From: Macrostomum lignano
Lineage: Eukaryota
Length of the DNA: 64,000 nucleotides
NCBI GenBank assembly: GCA_002269645.1
Contig: NIVC01000690.1
Span: 248,001-312,000 of the forward strand
Direction: 5' to 3'
Shown: piece by piece, positions 1-19,195 of the stretch
How positions within the stretch are numbered: position 1 is the stretch's first letter
Layout of the letters: every line of letters starts with the position of its first letter
Made by a program: the position numbers and the translations under genes
The notes under the pieces: model-generated
What the model saw: only the letters and a program-made list of their open reading frames with translations
Told to the model about the DNA's origin: nothing
Database searches by the model: none

Positions 1-481
1 TGGCTAGAGAGCAAGAGAAAGGGCATTGTACACGCATAGGCTGCGCACCACAGCCATAGACAATTTTTAGATTTTGTTCTTTCTTTCTTTGTCTAGAGTG
101 CTGGTGTGCTAATGTGGGGGCTCTGCCCCCACCCCCGCAAGGGGGCTCAGCGCCCCCTTGACCCCGCTTTCTTCTGACTTTGCCATAGAAATTTTCAGCG
201 GGCCGTGAAACCGACTGAATGCATTGGAGTAAATGGGATTTTACCATAGACAGTCTCAACGGGCCGTGAAATGCGGTTTCACGCCCGCTAACCATAACAC
301 TAATATGGATGGGCCGCATCGCGCAGAAACGAGCTGACACTCCGATCGGCGCTACGCGCCTCGACGTTATAGATCGTTTCTGCCCTCTGCAACCCATCAA
401 TATTGGTATATTGTCTACAATAAACGTCGTACGAGCTATATGCTAAGAAAGTCCGAGGCTAACAAACTAACTAAAGTCTAC

Positions 482-619
<138 letters not shown>

Positions 620-2755
620 CTCTTCGAGACAACAGCAGCATCGTCATTAAACCTGCCGACAAGGGCAGCAATATGGTCGTTATGAATCAAACTGATTACA
701 TACTGGAAGCTAACAGACAGCTCTCCAACAAGACCTTCTACCAACCTCTTGACTCTGCAATGAGCGCCCAGACCAGTGCCATTATCGAAGCCATTTTTCA
801 AGATCTTAAAGGAGAAAAGATAATTACTAATCATCAATACTCGCAACTGATTCCACCAACTATTCCTAGAGATCGAATTTTTTTTCCTTTTGCCAAAAAT
901 CCATAAGGATCCCGAAGAATGGCCTACTCCTGGAGTGCCTCCTGGGAGACCCATTGTCTCTGACTGCAGCTCGGAAAGCTACATGAGCGCCAAATTTATC
1001 GATCTCTTTCTACAGCCGATCGCTAAGGAACAAGACTCCTTCATCCGAGACACGGACCACTTTCAAGCGCCTATGATTTGATTTTTGAAAAAGACGAAAA
1101 TGTCTTTCTGGTTACAATGGATGTTGAATCCCTGTACACTAATATTCCCACTGATAAGGGGATAGACGCCATTAGAGATGCCTTTCAAAAATTTCCCCAA
1201 ACCTCAAGGCCAGATTTATACTGATTGTACCTTTATATCTTGCGCTCCTGGACATTAACTTAAACAAAAATGATTTTGTTTTTAACGACACGCGCTATCT
1301 TCAAGTCAAAGGCACAAGCATGGGAAAGGCCTTTGCGCCATCCTACGCCAACATATTTATGTCTGCCTGGGAATCCAAAGCTTTGGAAGCTGCTCCGTTT
1401 ACCCCTCGTTTATTCAAGCGCTACATTGACGACATTTTTATGGTTTTCGTTGGCACTGAAGTCGAACTAAAGGAGATGCACAAGCATCTGAATGAGTTCG
1501 ATTGCAACATCCAACTCACGATGCAGTACAGCAGAGAGAAGGTTCACTTCCTGGACTGCTGTGTCAGTCTGGCTGACGCAGGCAACAACAAGAGACTTCC
1601 GTGCTCAATCTACTTCAAACCCACCGATTCACGCCAGCTCTTGCATCCGGGATCTTTTCACCCAAAGTACACATTCAAAGGTATACTGAAATCTCAGTTC
1701 CTCCGTTACGCTCGCCGTTGCACATTTAAAGCAGACTTTGATGAGGCCAGCAGCAGCTTAACAAGCATCCTGAAGAATCAAGGATATTCTGTCCGCTTAA
1801 TCAGGGATGCTAAAAAATCTGCCCTCATCCAGCTGGGCCTCTACATTGATGGTCAGTGGGAGTTCGGCTTCCAGGATTGTGGCAATCTAAGCTGCCGTCC
1901 TTGCAGAGAGCACGGGTATTTTGGCCAAGTTTGTTTAGGGTCCAGCGCTACAAAAATGATTTACAAAATTTGTCAAAAAGTCCGCTGTGACTCCAGGAAT
2001 GTGGTGTATGCCATTCTGTGCAAGACTTGCAATGACCGCTGTATCTACGTAGGTGAGACTGGAGGCGCTCTTAAAGTCAGACTTCAGGCTCACCTGAGCG
2101 ACATTAGACTGGCTAAAGACACCCCAATCTTCAGGCACTTTTGGTCACCAAACCACAGTATTCAGGACCTCCGCTTTATGGGTCTGTGGTACCTCAGTAC
2201 TGAGTGCCTGGCCACTAAAGAGGGCGCCCAACGCGGGCGGAGGAATATGGAGCAGAAGCTCATCGCTTTACTACAGACCCAGACTCCAGCAGGCTTAAAC
2301 ACCGTCATCACTGAGAAAGACGCCTGCATCCCAATTGTGATCTCTTTCACGGACCACTCTGGGCGAGTTGTTCTTCAAATTCGCACGGCCATTTCGAACC
2401 ACGCTGCAGAGCTGGATACGGTGGCTGCCTATTCTCGCTCACGCTCATTAAAGGACATTCTATGTCCATCCAATCTGCCCGCCGTAACTAATGGTCAGTG
2501 CCGAAACTCAAACCTCTTTTCTGATGAGCACTAGATGTACAGATGTACACACGCGTTGCAACGTGCCCGCCAAACCATATTGATCATTTTATTTTACTCA
2601 CATCTTTCTATACTCACTATAAATACTCAACTCTGTTTTAATTTGCCCATTTTCACAGTTTTTTTATTTACAATTTACCAGAAAATTTGGTTCTTTTCTT
2701 AGAATTAAAGAAATTGTGAATTTGCTTCAACTGTGTGCGTGGTTTCATTTCGCAT
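620..2755 (+). mobile_element. Penelope-like retroelement, Neptune-type, 5'-truncated and frameshifted (RT + GIY-YIG endonuclease)
   Basis: Motifs across frames: IKPADKG, LPKIHK, GRPIVS, DVESLYTNIP (~1120), MGKAFAPSYANIFM, RYIDDIF. A linker zinc finger CGNLSCRPC (C-x4-C-x2-C, typical of Neptune) precedes GIY-YIG VVYAILCKTC..IYVGETG...RLQAH. Stop at 2534; frameshifts near 885, 1075 and 1225. Confidence 0.92.
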
Positions 2756-3035
<280 letters not shown>

Positions 3036-3495
3036 CGAGTAGTTATCGTAGCTAGCTAACTAAGTAACTAACTGACTAACTAATTAAATGACAAAACTAT
3101 CTGACTAATTATCTATCTAGCACAAGACAGACTAGCTTTACTGTTACAAGTTTTCAGGAACGAATAAGCGGAACAAAATTCTAGCTAAATTAACTGTGCT
3201 CCTGCCTATTTTATGATGCGCTTGCAGCATCTTTACCAAACAGAGCTAAGTAATTTTCATGCTAAAAATGCATGCATCGCAAAACCCTCACCCTTGACAA
3301 TGCGTGAGAAGCATTCCAGGTGGTAATCACCAATAAAATTGTCTTCATATGTCTAGTGTTCCCATGCGGAACACACTGAGCACGGTTTTCCTGTCACAAA
3401 AAACAGCTGAGACTTTGAACAGGTGTGTATTGAGCATAGCAACGGGAAAACACAACCAAATGTAGCCCCGGTGGGTACGCCCTGAGCTGACGGGC

Positions 3496-3605
<110 letters not shown>

Positions 3606-3744
3606 GAAATAAGTGGAAATATAATTTCTCTACGCTTGTATAAGTGCCGTCAAAATTTGTCTGACAAGAAGAGCTCCCGCACGACGAGTGTAATACTACA
3701 GAATCAGACCAAGGAAACATGAAGAATGTCTGCGTATTTATCAT

Positions 3745-4262
3745 TCTGATAGGTAAGCCTGACAGAATAGTTGCTTGTTCTTACAGAATAGTTGCGTCTT
3801 CTTACAGAATAGTTGCTTGTTATTACAGAATAGTTGCTTGTTATTACAGAATAGTTGCAATTGTTCTTACAGAATAGTTGCTCGTTCTTACAGAATAGAT
3901 GCGTCTTCTTACAGAATAGTTGCTTGTTCTTACAGAATTGTTGCTTGTTCTTACAGAATAGTTGCAATTGTTCTTACAGAATAGTTGCCTGTTCTTACAG
4001 AATAGTTGTAATTGTTCTTACAGAATAGTTGCTTGTTCTTACAGAATAGTTGCTTGTTCTTACAGAATAGTTGCGTCTTCTTACAGAATAGTTGCTTGTT
4101 ATTACAGAATAGTTGCAATTGTTCTTACAGAATAGTTGCCTGTTCTTACAGAATAGTTGCTTGTTCTTACAGAATAGTTGCCTGTTCTTACAGAATAGTT
4201 GCTTGTTATTACAGAATAGTTGCGTGTTCTTACAGAATAGTTGCAATTGTTCTTACAGAATA
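3745..4262 (+). repeat. ~21-bp minisatellite (ttcttacagaatagttgcttg)
   Basis: Tandem units; explains the periodic ORFs in the track. Confidence 0.95.
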
Positions 4263-4364
4263 GTTGCGTATTTTGAAAAATAATTCTAAATGTCTACCAC
4301 CTTTTTCAGAATTTTACCTGCCTAAAAATAAATATTGAATCTCAACCCTCTCTCTTCTCCATAG

Positions 4365-7300
4365 CCGTATGCGTTCACCGGGTATCAAGCAACTCCGCCA
4401 GCTACATCAGTGATGAGGCTGGCATAGTCTTGGACCTAGCAACCAGCAGCAATGTTACCAATGACACCAACACTCGAAACGAAGTCGAATGCATGGTGCG
4501 CTGCCGACTGCAGGCCTGCGCCGCCGCCACATTTGTGAAGAGAGTTGGCACCTGCCAACTTCTGGTTATCTACGACGCGAACCTGCAAAATCCTGGACTA
4601 ATGTCCACTCACGTTGCCAGGGTGATGCAGCCGGAGGCTGGAGATCAGTTCTGGAAGTTGAAGAATTTCGACAGCCATGTGATTAGCAGAAAAATTCATA
4701 ATTTTACTACTGTGTTTGAAAGTGAGTTGGTCTTGTTTTGGTTTTTTTTGGATCTCTATTATTTCACTCTCTGTTCAATGATACTTCTAGCTAGTCTGCA
4801 GTCACACACACGGTCACACAGGGTGTACAGCGGCCCCTGCCTTTCCAATCGTCAGGCATGCGCAGTCTATGCGCCTTGGGGGTTGGCCTTCATGGCTGTT
4901 GGATCGCAAAACACCCTACACCGTCAACTTTTAGTGCGCACACAAGCCCCAAATGTGACAGCGAACAGACCCGAACCAGAAGTCGTGGTGCGAGGGTCAG
5001 ATGGGTTTATCGCCGAGTTGCTCAGTGATTCATGGCCTTTATCTTCCATCGATTGCCATACATATTAAAAAACTCAAAACTTCGATATGCATAAACATAA
5101 AAAGCTCTGGGATTACCTAGACCAGGGCTCGGCAAACTTTTTCAACTTAAGGGCCAGATTAGAGAACCTAGAGCATGAGTGCGGGCCGGAGGAAGGAGAG
5201 AGGAGAGGGAATAGAGAAAGGATACCAGAGGAGACTAGAGAATTGAGAGAACAAGAGAGAAGAGAGACGAGCAAATAGAGAGATGAAAAGAGAGGAGAGT
5301 AGAGAGAGGAGAGAGAAGAGAGGAGAGAGGACAGGAGAGGAGATAGAGGGGAGAGGAAAAAGGAGAGGGGATAGAGTGGAGAGGAGAGAGGAGAGGACAG
5401 AGAGCAGAGAGGAGAGAGGAGGGAAGAGAGAGGAGAGAGGAGAGGAGAGGAGATAGAGGGGAGAGGAAAGGAGATAGAGGGGAGAGGAAAGGAGATAGAG
5501 GGGAGAGGAGAGAGGAGAGGACAGAGAGGAGAGAGGAGAGGACAGAGAGGAGAGAGGAGAGAGAAGAGGAGAGGAGATAGAGGGGAGAGGAGAGAGGAAA
5601 GAGAAGAGGAGAGGAGATAGAGGGGAGAGGAGAGAGAAGAGGAGAGAGAAGAGGAGAGGAGAAAGAGGGGAGAGGAGAGGACGGAGAGGAGAGAGGAGAG
5701 AGGAGAGAAGAGAGAGGAGAGAGGAGAGGAGAGGAGATAGAGTGGAGAGGAGAGAGGAGAGGAGAGAGAGGAGAGAGGAGAGAGGAGAGGAGAAGAGATA
5801 GAGGGGAGAGGAAAGGAGATAGAGGGGAGAGGAGAGAGAAGAGGATAGAGAGGAGAGAGGAAAGAGGAGAGAAGAGAGAGAAGAGAGGAGAGGGGAGGAG
5901 ATAGAGGGGAGAGGAGAGAGAAGAGGAGAGAGAGGAGAGAGGAGAGGAGAGATGGGAGAGAGGAGAGAAGAGAGAGAAGAGAGGAGAGGGGAGGAGATAG
6001 AGGGGAGAGGAGAGAGGAGAGGAGAGAGAGGAAAGAAAAGAGAGGAGAGGAGAGGAGAGAGGAGAGGAGAGAGAGGAGAGAGGAGAGAGAAGAGGAGAGA
6101 GAGGAGAGTAGAGAGATAGAGGGGAGAGGAGAGAGAAGAGGAGAGGAGAAAGAGGGGAGAGGGGAGAGGAGAGGACGGAGAGGAGAGAGGAGAGGAGAGG
6201 AGAGGAGAGAGGAGAGGAGAGAGAGGAGAGAGGAGAGAGAAGAGGAGAGAGAGGAGAGGGGAGAGGAGAGAGAAGAGGAGAGAGAAGAGGAGAGGAGAAA
6301 GAGGGGAGAGGAGAGAGGAGAGGAGAGAGAGGAAAGAAAAGAGAGGAGAGGAGAGGAGAGAGGAGAGGAGAGAGAGGAGAGAGGAGAAAGGAGAGGAGAG
6401 AGAGGAGAGAGGAAAGAGGAGAGGAGAAGAGATAGAGGGGAGAGGAAAGGAGATAGAGGGGAGAGGAGAGAGAAGAGGATAGAGAGGAGAGAGGAAAGAG
6501 GAGAGAAGAGAGAGAAGAGAGGAGAGGGGAGGAGATAGAGGGGAGAGGAGAGAGGAGAGGAGAGATGGGAGAGAGGAGAGAAGAGAGAGAAGAGAGGAGA
6601 GGGGAGGAGATAGAGGGGAGAGGAGAGAGGAGAGGAGAGAGAGGAAAGAAAAGAGAGGAGAGAGAGGAGAAGGGAGGAGATAGAGGAGAGGAGATAAAGG
6701 AGAGGAGAGGAAGGGAGAGAAGAAAGGATAGAAGAGAGATTAGAGAGAAGAGCGCTGAGAAGAGATACAAACATTGAGCGGGCCGGATTGCTATTGTAAA
6801 GTTTCAAAGGACCCTAGAGCTGAGCTGGATAGAGAGGCATTTGCGAGAGGTATGTGGCCCGCGGATTTGAGTTTGCCGACCCGTGTCCCAGATATTCGGA
6901 AGTCACTGCTTCTTAATCTGCTCAAATATAGACTCGAGCTCTGGAATCGGTGGCTCAATCCAAAACTTGACCATCGGACTGACCGGTTGCTACCTGATTG
7001 AAGGCCTGGGTGCCGGAGGCGGCGGATACGAGCTCGACAAATCCTATAGCAAAGGCGCCAAAATTTCCGGATTGTTCAACTTCTCAATGGGCAGTCAGCT
7101 GAGCATTACTGTCGGCCAGTTGGGACGCAATGGGAGCAACAGGGCCGGAGCTGGTGGCGGCGGCGGCAGCTTCGTGTACGGTGCTGAGGACAACAAGCTG
7201 TACTTGGCGGCTGGTGGCGGCGGCGGGGCTTCGTCTTGGTATAAAGGTTGCATTGCATTGTTGCATTGTTGTTATTGAGGGTTGCATTGTTGTTGTTGTT

Positions 7301-8840
7301 GGGGATAAGCATTGTTGTTGTTGAGGGTTGCATTGTTGTTGTTGTTGGGGATAAGCATTGTTGTTGTTGAGGGTTGCATTGTTGTTGTTGTTGGGGATAA
7401 GCATTGTTGTTGTTGAGGGTTGCATTGTTGTTGTTGTTGGGGATAAGCATTGTTGTTATTGAGGGTTGCATTGTTGTTGTTATTGAGGGTTGCATTGTTG
7501 TTGTTGTTGGGGATAAGCATTGTTGTTGTTGAGGGTTGCATTGTTGTTGTTGTTGGGGATAAGCATTGTTGTTGTTGAGGGTTGCATTGTTGTTGTTGTT
7601 GGGGATAAGCATTGTTGTTGTTGAGGGTTGCATTGTTGTTGTTGTTGGGGATAAGCATTGTTGTTGTTGAGGGTTGCATTGTTGTGGTTGTTGGGGATAA
7701 GCATTGTTGTTGTTGAGGGTTGCATTGTTGTTGTTGTTGGGGATAAGCATTGTTGTTGTTGAGGGTTGCATTGTTGTTGTTGTTGTTGGGGATAAGCATT
7801 GTTGTTGTTGAGGGTTGCATTGTTGTTGTTGTTGGGGGTAGCAATTATTTTTGTAAGCCTACTTTAGGGCTTCAGTGCTGCAGTTTTATCGGATATTTTT
7901 TCTGTCTTGATGAAAAGTGATAAACCTTCCAAACCTTAAAAGACAGTTAAATCAGTAAAAATAGATTACACCTGCCCTAGTGACCAGATGTGCAACTTAA
8001 CCGACAGCTCAGCCGCAGCAATTGCGCAGCGCATCTGAAGGCTGCGTACGGCTGTTCAGTCCAAGGACTGGGGGGTCGCCACACAGCCTCAATTACCCCA
8101 GCTAATGCTGGTACCCATTTTACAGCTAGGTGAACTGAAGCAATGCAGATTTAAGTGACTTGCTCAAGCTAGGACACAAATTGTTCCAAGTGGGTTCGAG
8201 AATCGAACCCCCGACCTTGATTAGTCAATCACCTGAATGATAAAATGACGTGTATATAGGTTTAACAATTATAATTTAAGCTACAAAACAGGAACCTGCA
8301 TCATCACTGGTGACACCTTGATTTAGGTGCTTTAAATATCTAAAAATTTTTTAAAACTCAGGTAGAGACGGGTCAGTTCAGGTCAACGGCTCCGATTCGC
8401 GCCACAACCCGACCTACGAAAACTACACCGGTTTCGGGGGCGCCAACGGCCAGCCCGGCTTCAACGACCCCGCTCTGGCGACATCTGCACACCACGGCGG
8501 CTGCGGCGCCGGCTGGCTGGGCAAAGCTGTCAACCCGAGGCGAGGCGCCAACGACGGCGAAAGAGGCGGCGGTCTGGCCGACGGCTGGCTGGGCGGAGCT
8601 TCTACCGGCAGCGGCGGCAGCGGCGGATTCGGTGGCGGAGGCGGCGGCGGCGACACTTGGGGCGCCGGCGGAGGTGGCGGCGGCTACAGCGGAGGCGGCG
8701 GCGGCATGCACCACAGCCATAGCGGAGGCGGCGGCGGCTCCTTCTGCGGCGGCGTCGGCTGCACCGGCGTCTCCGGCAGCAACGCGGACGACGGCCGAGT
8801 CACCGTCAGGCTGGTGGCGTTCGGCGACACCTGCGAGTAG
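4365..8840 (+). CDS. PAN/apple-like domain + ALK/LTK-type glycine-rich domain protein (3 exons resolved, 5' exon not found)
   Basis: Exons 4365-4721, 6932-7246 and 8362-8840 with phase-1 GT-AG junctions that join in frame (FE-N-SSSGIGG; WYK-G-RDGSVQ). ECMVRCRLQAC...TCQLL is a PAN-like Cys pattern. TGCYLIEGLGAGGG, LYLAAGGGGGA, GGFGGGGGG, GGGGGYSGG, GGGGGSF and GRVTV match the ALK/LTK glycine-rich domain. Stop TAG at 8838-8840. Confidence 0.8.
5123..6885. mobile_element. hAT (Charlie-like) MITE with internal polypurine expansion
   Basis: TIRs cagggctcggcaaac (5123) / gtttgccgacccgtg (ending 6885); imperfect 8-bp TSD acctagac/tcccagat resembling the nTCTAGAn hAT target. Confidence 0.65.
5191..6770 (+). 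repeat. ~1.6-kb GA-rich (polypurine/polypyrimidine) low-complexity tract
   Basis: Almost exclusively G/A (gagag/aggag units). Confidence 0.97.
7262..7840 (+). repeat. ~45-bp intronic minisatellite (gagggttgcattgttgttgttgttggggataagcattgttgttgtt)
   Basis: Direct reading. Confidence 0.95.
8040..8225 (+). mobile_element. CORE-SINE-like / SINE 3' remnant
   Basis: cccattttacagctaggtgaactgaagc...aagtgacttgctcaag...gaatcgaaccc resembles the MIR CORE consensus cccattttacagatgaggaaactgaggc...aagtgacttgcccaag...gaaccc (recalled, not searched). Confidence 0.55.
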
Positions 8841-9019
8841 GCTGGCTGTTTTGACGGAGTCGCATTGAAGTTACGCTCGTGACACCCCTGTCCCCTGCTA
8901 TTATTAATCGGACCGAATATCCTCAAACATCCTGTTAGTTGGTCGCTGATCTGTGTAGCAGTAACACGTACGTTTGACAGCTTGAGACGCTTTGTAAACT
9001 TTTGTCTCTTTTGTATCCC

Positions 9020-10110
9020 TGTCTCTTAGTGGGTTCTCTTGGTGAGCGCCGCCTGTCTCTTAGTGGGTTCTCTTGGTGAGCGCCGCCTGTCTCTTAGTGG
9101 GTTCTCTTGGTGAGCGCCGCCTGTCTCTTAGTGGGTTCTCTTGGTGAGCGCCGCCTGTCTCTTAGTGGGTTCTCTTGGTGAGAGCCGCCTGTCTCTTAGT
9201 GGGTTCTCTTGGTGAGCGCCGCCTCTCTTAGTAGGTTCTCTTGGTGAGAGCCGCCTGTCTCTTAATGGGAACCCCTGTCTCTTAGAGGACGCCCCTGTCT
9301 CTTGGTGGGCGCCCCTGACTCTTAGGTGGGCGCCCCTGTCTCTTAATGGGTTCTCTTGGTGGGCGCCACCTGTCTCTTAATGGGAACCCCTGTCTCTTAG
9401 AGGACGCCCCTGTCTCTTGGTGGGCGCCACCTGTCTCTTAATGGGCGGCCCTGTCTCTTAATGGGTTCTCTTGGTGGGCGCCCCTGTCTCTTAATGGGCG
9501 GCCCTGTCTCTTAAGGGTTCTCTTGGTGGGCGCCGCCTGTCTCTTAATGGACGGCCCTGTCTTTTGGTGGGCGCCCCTGTCTCTTAATGGGCGGCCCTGT
9601 CTCTTAAGGGTTCTCTTGGTGGGCGCCGCCTGTCTCTTAATGGACGGCCCTGTCTTTTGGTGGGCGCCCCTGTCTCTTGGTGGGCGCCCCTGACTCTTAG
9701 GTGGGTGCCCCTGTCTCTTAATGGGAACCCCTGTCTCTTAGAGGACGCCCCTGTCTCTTGGTGGGCGCCGCCTGTCTCTTAATGGGCGGCCCTGTCTCTT
9801 TAGGGTTCTCTTGGTGGGCGCCCCTGTCTCTTAATGGGCGGCCCTGTCTCTTAAGGGTTCTCTTGGTGGGCGCCGCCTGTCTCTTAATGGGCGGCCCGGT
9901 CTTTTGGTGGGCGCCCTGTCTCTTAATGGGAACCCCTGCCTCTTGGAGGGCACCCCTGTCTCTTGGTGAGCGCCCCTGTTTCTCAATGGGAGCCCCCGTC
10001 TCTTGGAGAGCGCCCCTGTTTCTCAATGGGAGCCCCCGTCTCTTGGAGAGCGCCCCTGTCTCCTAATGGGCGCCCTTGTGTCTCTTAATGGGCGGCCCTG
10101 TCTCTTGGTA
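9020..10110 (+). repeat. GC-rich compound minisatellite (ctgtctcttagtgggttctcttggtgagcgccgc and 19-34 bp variants)
   Basis: Direct reading. Confidence 0.95.
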
Positions 10111-10973
10111 GGCAGGCGCCTTTCTTTTATTGAACATAGACCTCTTTAATGTAAAAACTAAAATCCTGTCTTTTTAATTTATCAATATTTATTCTGTTTT
10201 GTTCGTTTAATTTTTGCCTCCAAAAGATAAAAGAAAAACTATTTATATATCCTCCCTTTTGCCTGGCCATAGACTACAGAAGAGTATTTCTTTGAAAATT
10301 TAGTCTATGGTAGAAAGCCCCACACCCTTATCTATACCGGGGGTACTGCCTTCATTGACACTTTGCAAATAAAGAGACAACTTAAAAAACACGCAGTTCA
10401 ATTTAGAATTTATATTAGCCAAAAGAGAACAAAACTGCGACTATACTACTGCCAGCGATATTAGTATATAACGTTTATTGATTTATTTTATTTATCAATC
10501 AGAAAATTATAGAAAAGAGATGGCAAATTAGTTTTGAAACTGATTTTTCTGAATAACAAAAGCGAACCGGTAGATTAATCAAGATTAATAAACATATTGA
10601 TTATTATAGGCAAAAATTAGAAAAACAGTTGGCCCAACAACAATAGAAACCACAGGAAATTAGTTAACTGTTTTGCTGAATAAAAAGCAATCTGAATTGA
10701 AAACAAGAGCCAACAAATAACGCACTGTTATTTCCACCGAGTTACAAGACTTGGAAAACTTGAATAACCATTTCATTATCATTTTGTGCGCTTATTTCTT
10801 AGTAATAAATATAAAGCAACTAAAAATTTAGACAAAAAAGACACACAATCAAATGACAGGCCAACAATCATACTAATTAGCATATTATAATTATCTGTTA
10901 GGTTTACTGTCAATTGTTAGGATTCTGTTAAATAATAAAACAAAGGATCATCAAATCGTCATTGTTTGTTTTT

Positions 10974-17006
<6,033 letters not shown>

Positions 17007-17352
17007 CTAATTGGTCATCTAATTAGTCATCTAATTAGTAGTATACTCTAGTCGACTAGTTTACAAGTAGTAGTACTAGTCTACTAGTCTACTCTTCAAG
17101 TGAAATTCAAGTGAAATTGCTAGAATTACAGTTTGAAGAGTAAATAAGTTTGAATTAAACTTAATTCTTATATAACTAATCTAGCTAATTCTAATTACTA
17201 ATACTACCATAACTAATGTTATATTTGTGCAATTTGAGAACTTTATTGTACATCAGTGCATTTGCATTTAAAAAACCAACGAATGATTACACTTGATTGC
17301 CAAAAATTGCCAGCAATGATTGCCAAAAATGTTTCTGCGACTTTAGGTTCAA

Positions 17353-19195
17353 CTAGCAATCAGCGCCCCCCCATTGGGGAGCCAAAAAAATGCAGTACAA
17401 GTTTTTTTAATAAACTACATGTAAGCGTCTCTTTGCATTATACCTCAGCAACCCTTTGTAAGCCTTGACATGTCAGCAATTCCCCCAACAAGCCTTAGCA
17501 TATCAACTCCCCCCTTGACATTTTAGCTATTCTCCCCGTAAGCCTTGACATGTTAGCGATGCCCCCCATAAACCTTGATTTCTGAAAATCCCCTGTTAAC
17601 CTTGAAACCCGCTAAAATCTAATCCTCAACCCAAAACTAACCTAAACCTAACTTTAACCCAACCTAAAGCCTTGAAATCTCAGCAATTCTTCTCCCCTAA
17701 GCCTTGACATTTTAGTGATTCCTTCTTTAAGCATCACAGCACTATAGCGATTCCCTCCAAGCCTTGACATCGTAGCAATTCCCAAATAATTTTTTTTAAC
17801 TTCGACATGACTCTTATTTTACATATACATAGTGCATCTTTTCTTTTTTACATGACTCTTCTTCTATCAGCGCCCCCCCCCCGTTACAAGGCAACAAAGA
17901 ATGCAATAAAAAAATTGAGTAAACTACATGTACTTTGAAGTAGCTTCCCTCCCCACATAATCTCAGTTATTCTCCGTAAGCCTTGACATCTCAGTAATTC
18001 TCCCCAGCAGAGCACAATAGCTTCATTTACTTTTTACATGACACTTCTTTCATGTCTGAAATGACACTTATTTTGATTTTTACATGACGCTTCTTTTATT
18101 CTTCCATGATGCTTCTATGATTTCTCAAATGACACTTTTATTAGTTTTTATATGAGGCTTCTATGATTGTTTACATGACACTTCTATGATTGTTTACATG
18201 ATGCTTTTATGATTCTTTCATAACGCTTCTATGATTTTTTACATGACACTTTTATGATTTTTACATGACGCTTCTATGATTGTTTACATGACACTTCTAT
18301 GATCTTTTGATAACACTTCTATGATTTTTTACATGACACTTCTATGATTTTTTCATGACGCTTCTATGATTTTTTACATGACACTTCTATGATTGTTTAC
18401 ATGACGCTTCTATGATTGCTTACATGACGCTTCTATGATTTTTTCATGACACTTCTGTGATTTTTACATGATGCTTCTATGATTGTTTACATGACACTTC
18501 TATGATTTTTACATGATGCTTCTATGATTTTTTTTCATGACACTTCTATGATTTTTTCATGACGCTTCTATGATTTTTTACATGATGCTTCTATGATTGT
18601 TTACATGACGCTTCTATGATTGCTTACATGATGTTTCTATGATTTTTTCATGACACTTCTGTGATTTTTTACATGATGCTTCTATGATTTTTTCATGACA
18701 CTTCTATGATTTTTACATGACACTTCTATGATTTTTATATGACACTTCTATAATTTTACATGATGCTTCTAAGATTTTTCATGACGCTTCTATGATTGTT
18801 TACATGACGCTTCTATGATTGTTTACATGATGCTTCTATGATTTTTTACATGACGCTTGTATGATTTTTTTACATGACACCTTAAGTCCTTTTTTATTCC
18901 TTTGATAAAAGCTTTTAATAAAAAATTTTTCCTACTAAGATTCGAACCCTGCATTAGCAGCCCAGTCTGTTCACATCTAGGCTAGATCTTATCGAATTTA
19001 TAAATGAAATTGTAGCACTTATATAATTCAACACTCACTCACGAAGCAGTTATGATATAATCAATTTTTCAGGCAAGTAAGTATCAGTCTCAATTAAAGT
19101 TGACAATATGGTTACACAATCTAAATCAAGTCTGGTGCTATACTTCCAACATCAAAAATTGGATTGATCTTGATATAAATTTTGTCTTAATAGAT
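17353..19195 (-). mobile_element. Non-autonomous Helitron (3' terminus clear, 5' end uncertain)
   Basis: The minus strand ends with hairpin ctcccc-aat-gggggg, then CTAG|T at 17356-17353. Internal 21-22-bp minisatellite and block 18900-19150 are homologous to 51660-51950 and 54620-54880. Confidence 0.7.
18040..18880 (+). repeat. 21-22-bp minisatellite (tttacatgacgcttctatgatt)
   Basis: Direct reading; same unit at 50590-51630. Confidence 0.95.

Noticed and set aside
1-300. Hairpin-rich segment with inverted gcgggccgtgaaac/gtttcacgcccgc motifs
   Set aside because: Probably the end of a non-autonomous element cut by the window edge; cannot be classified
8190-8215. tRNA gene (gttcga/tcgaaccc motifs; also 18940, 51700)
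   Set aside because: Only isolated B-box-like words in SINE or Helitron sequence; no cloverleaf
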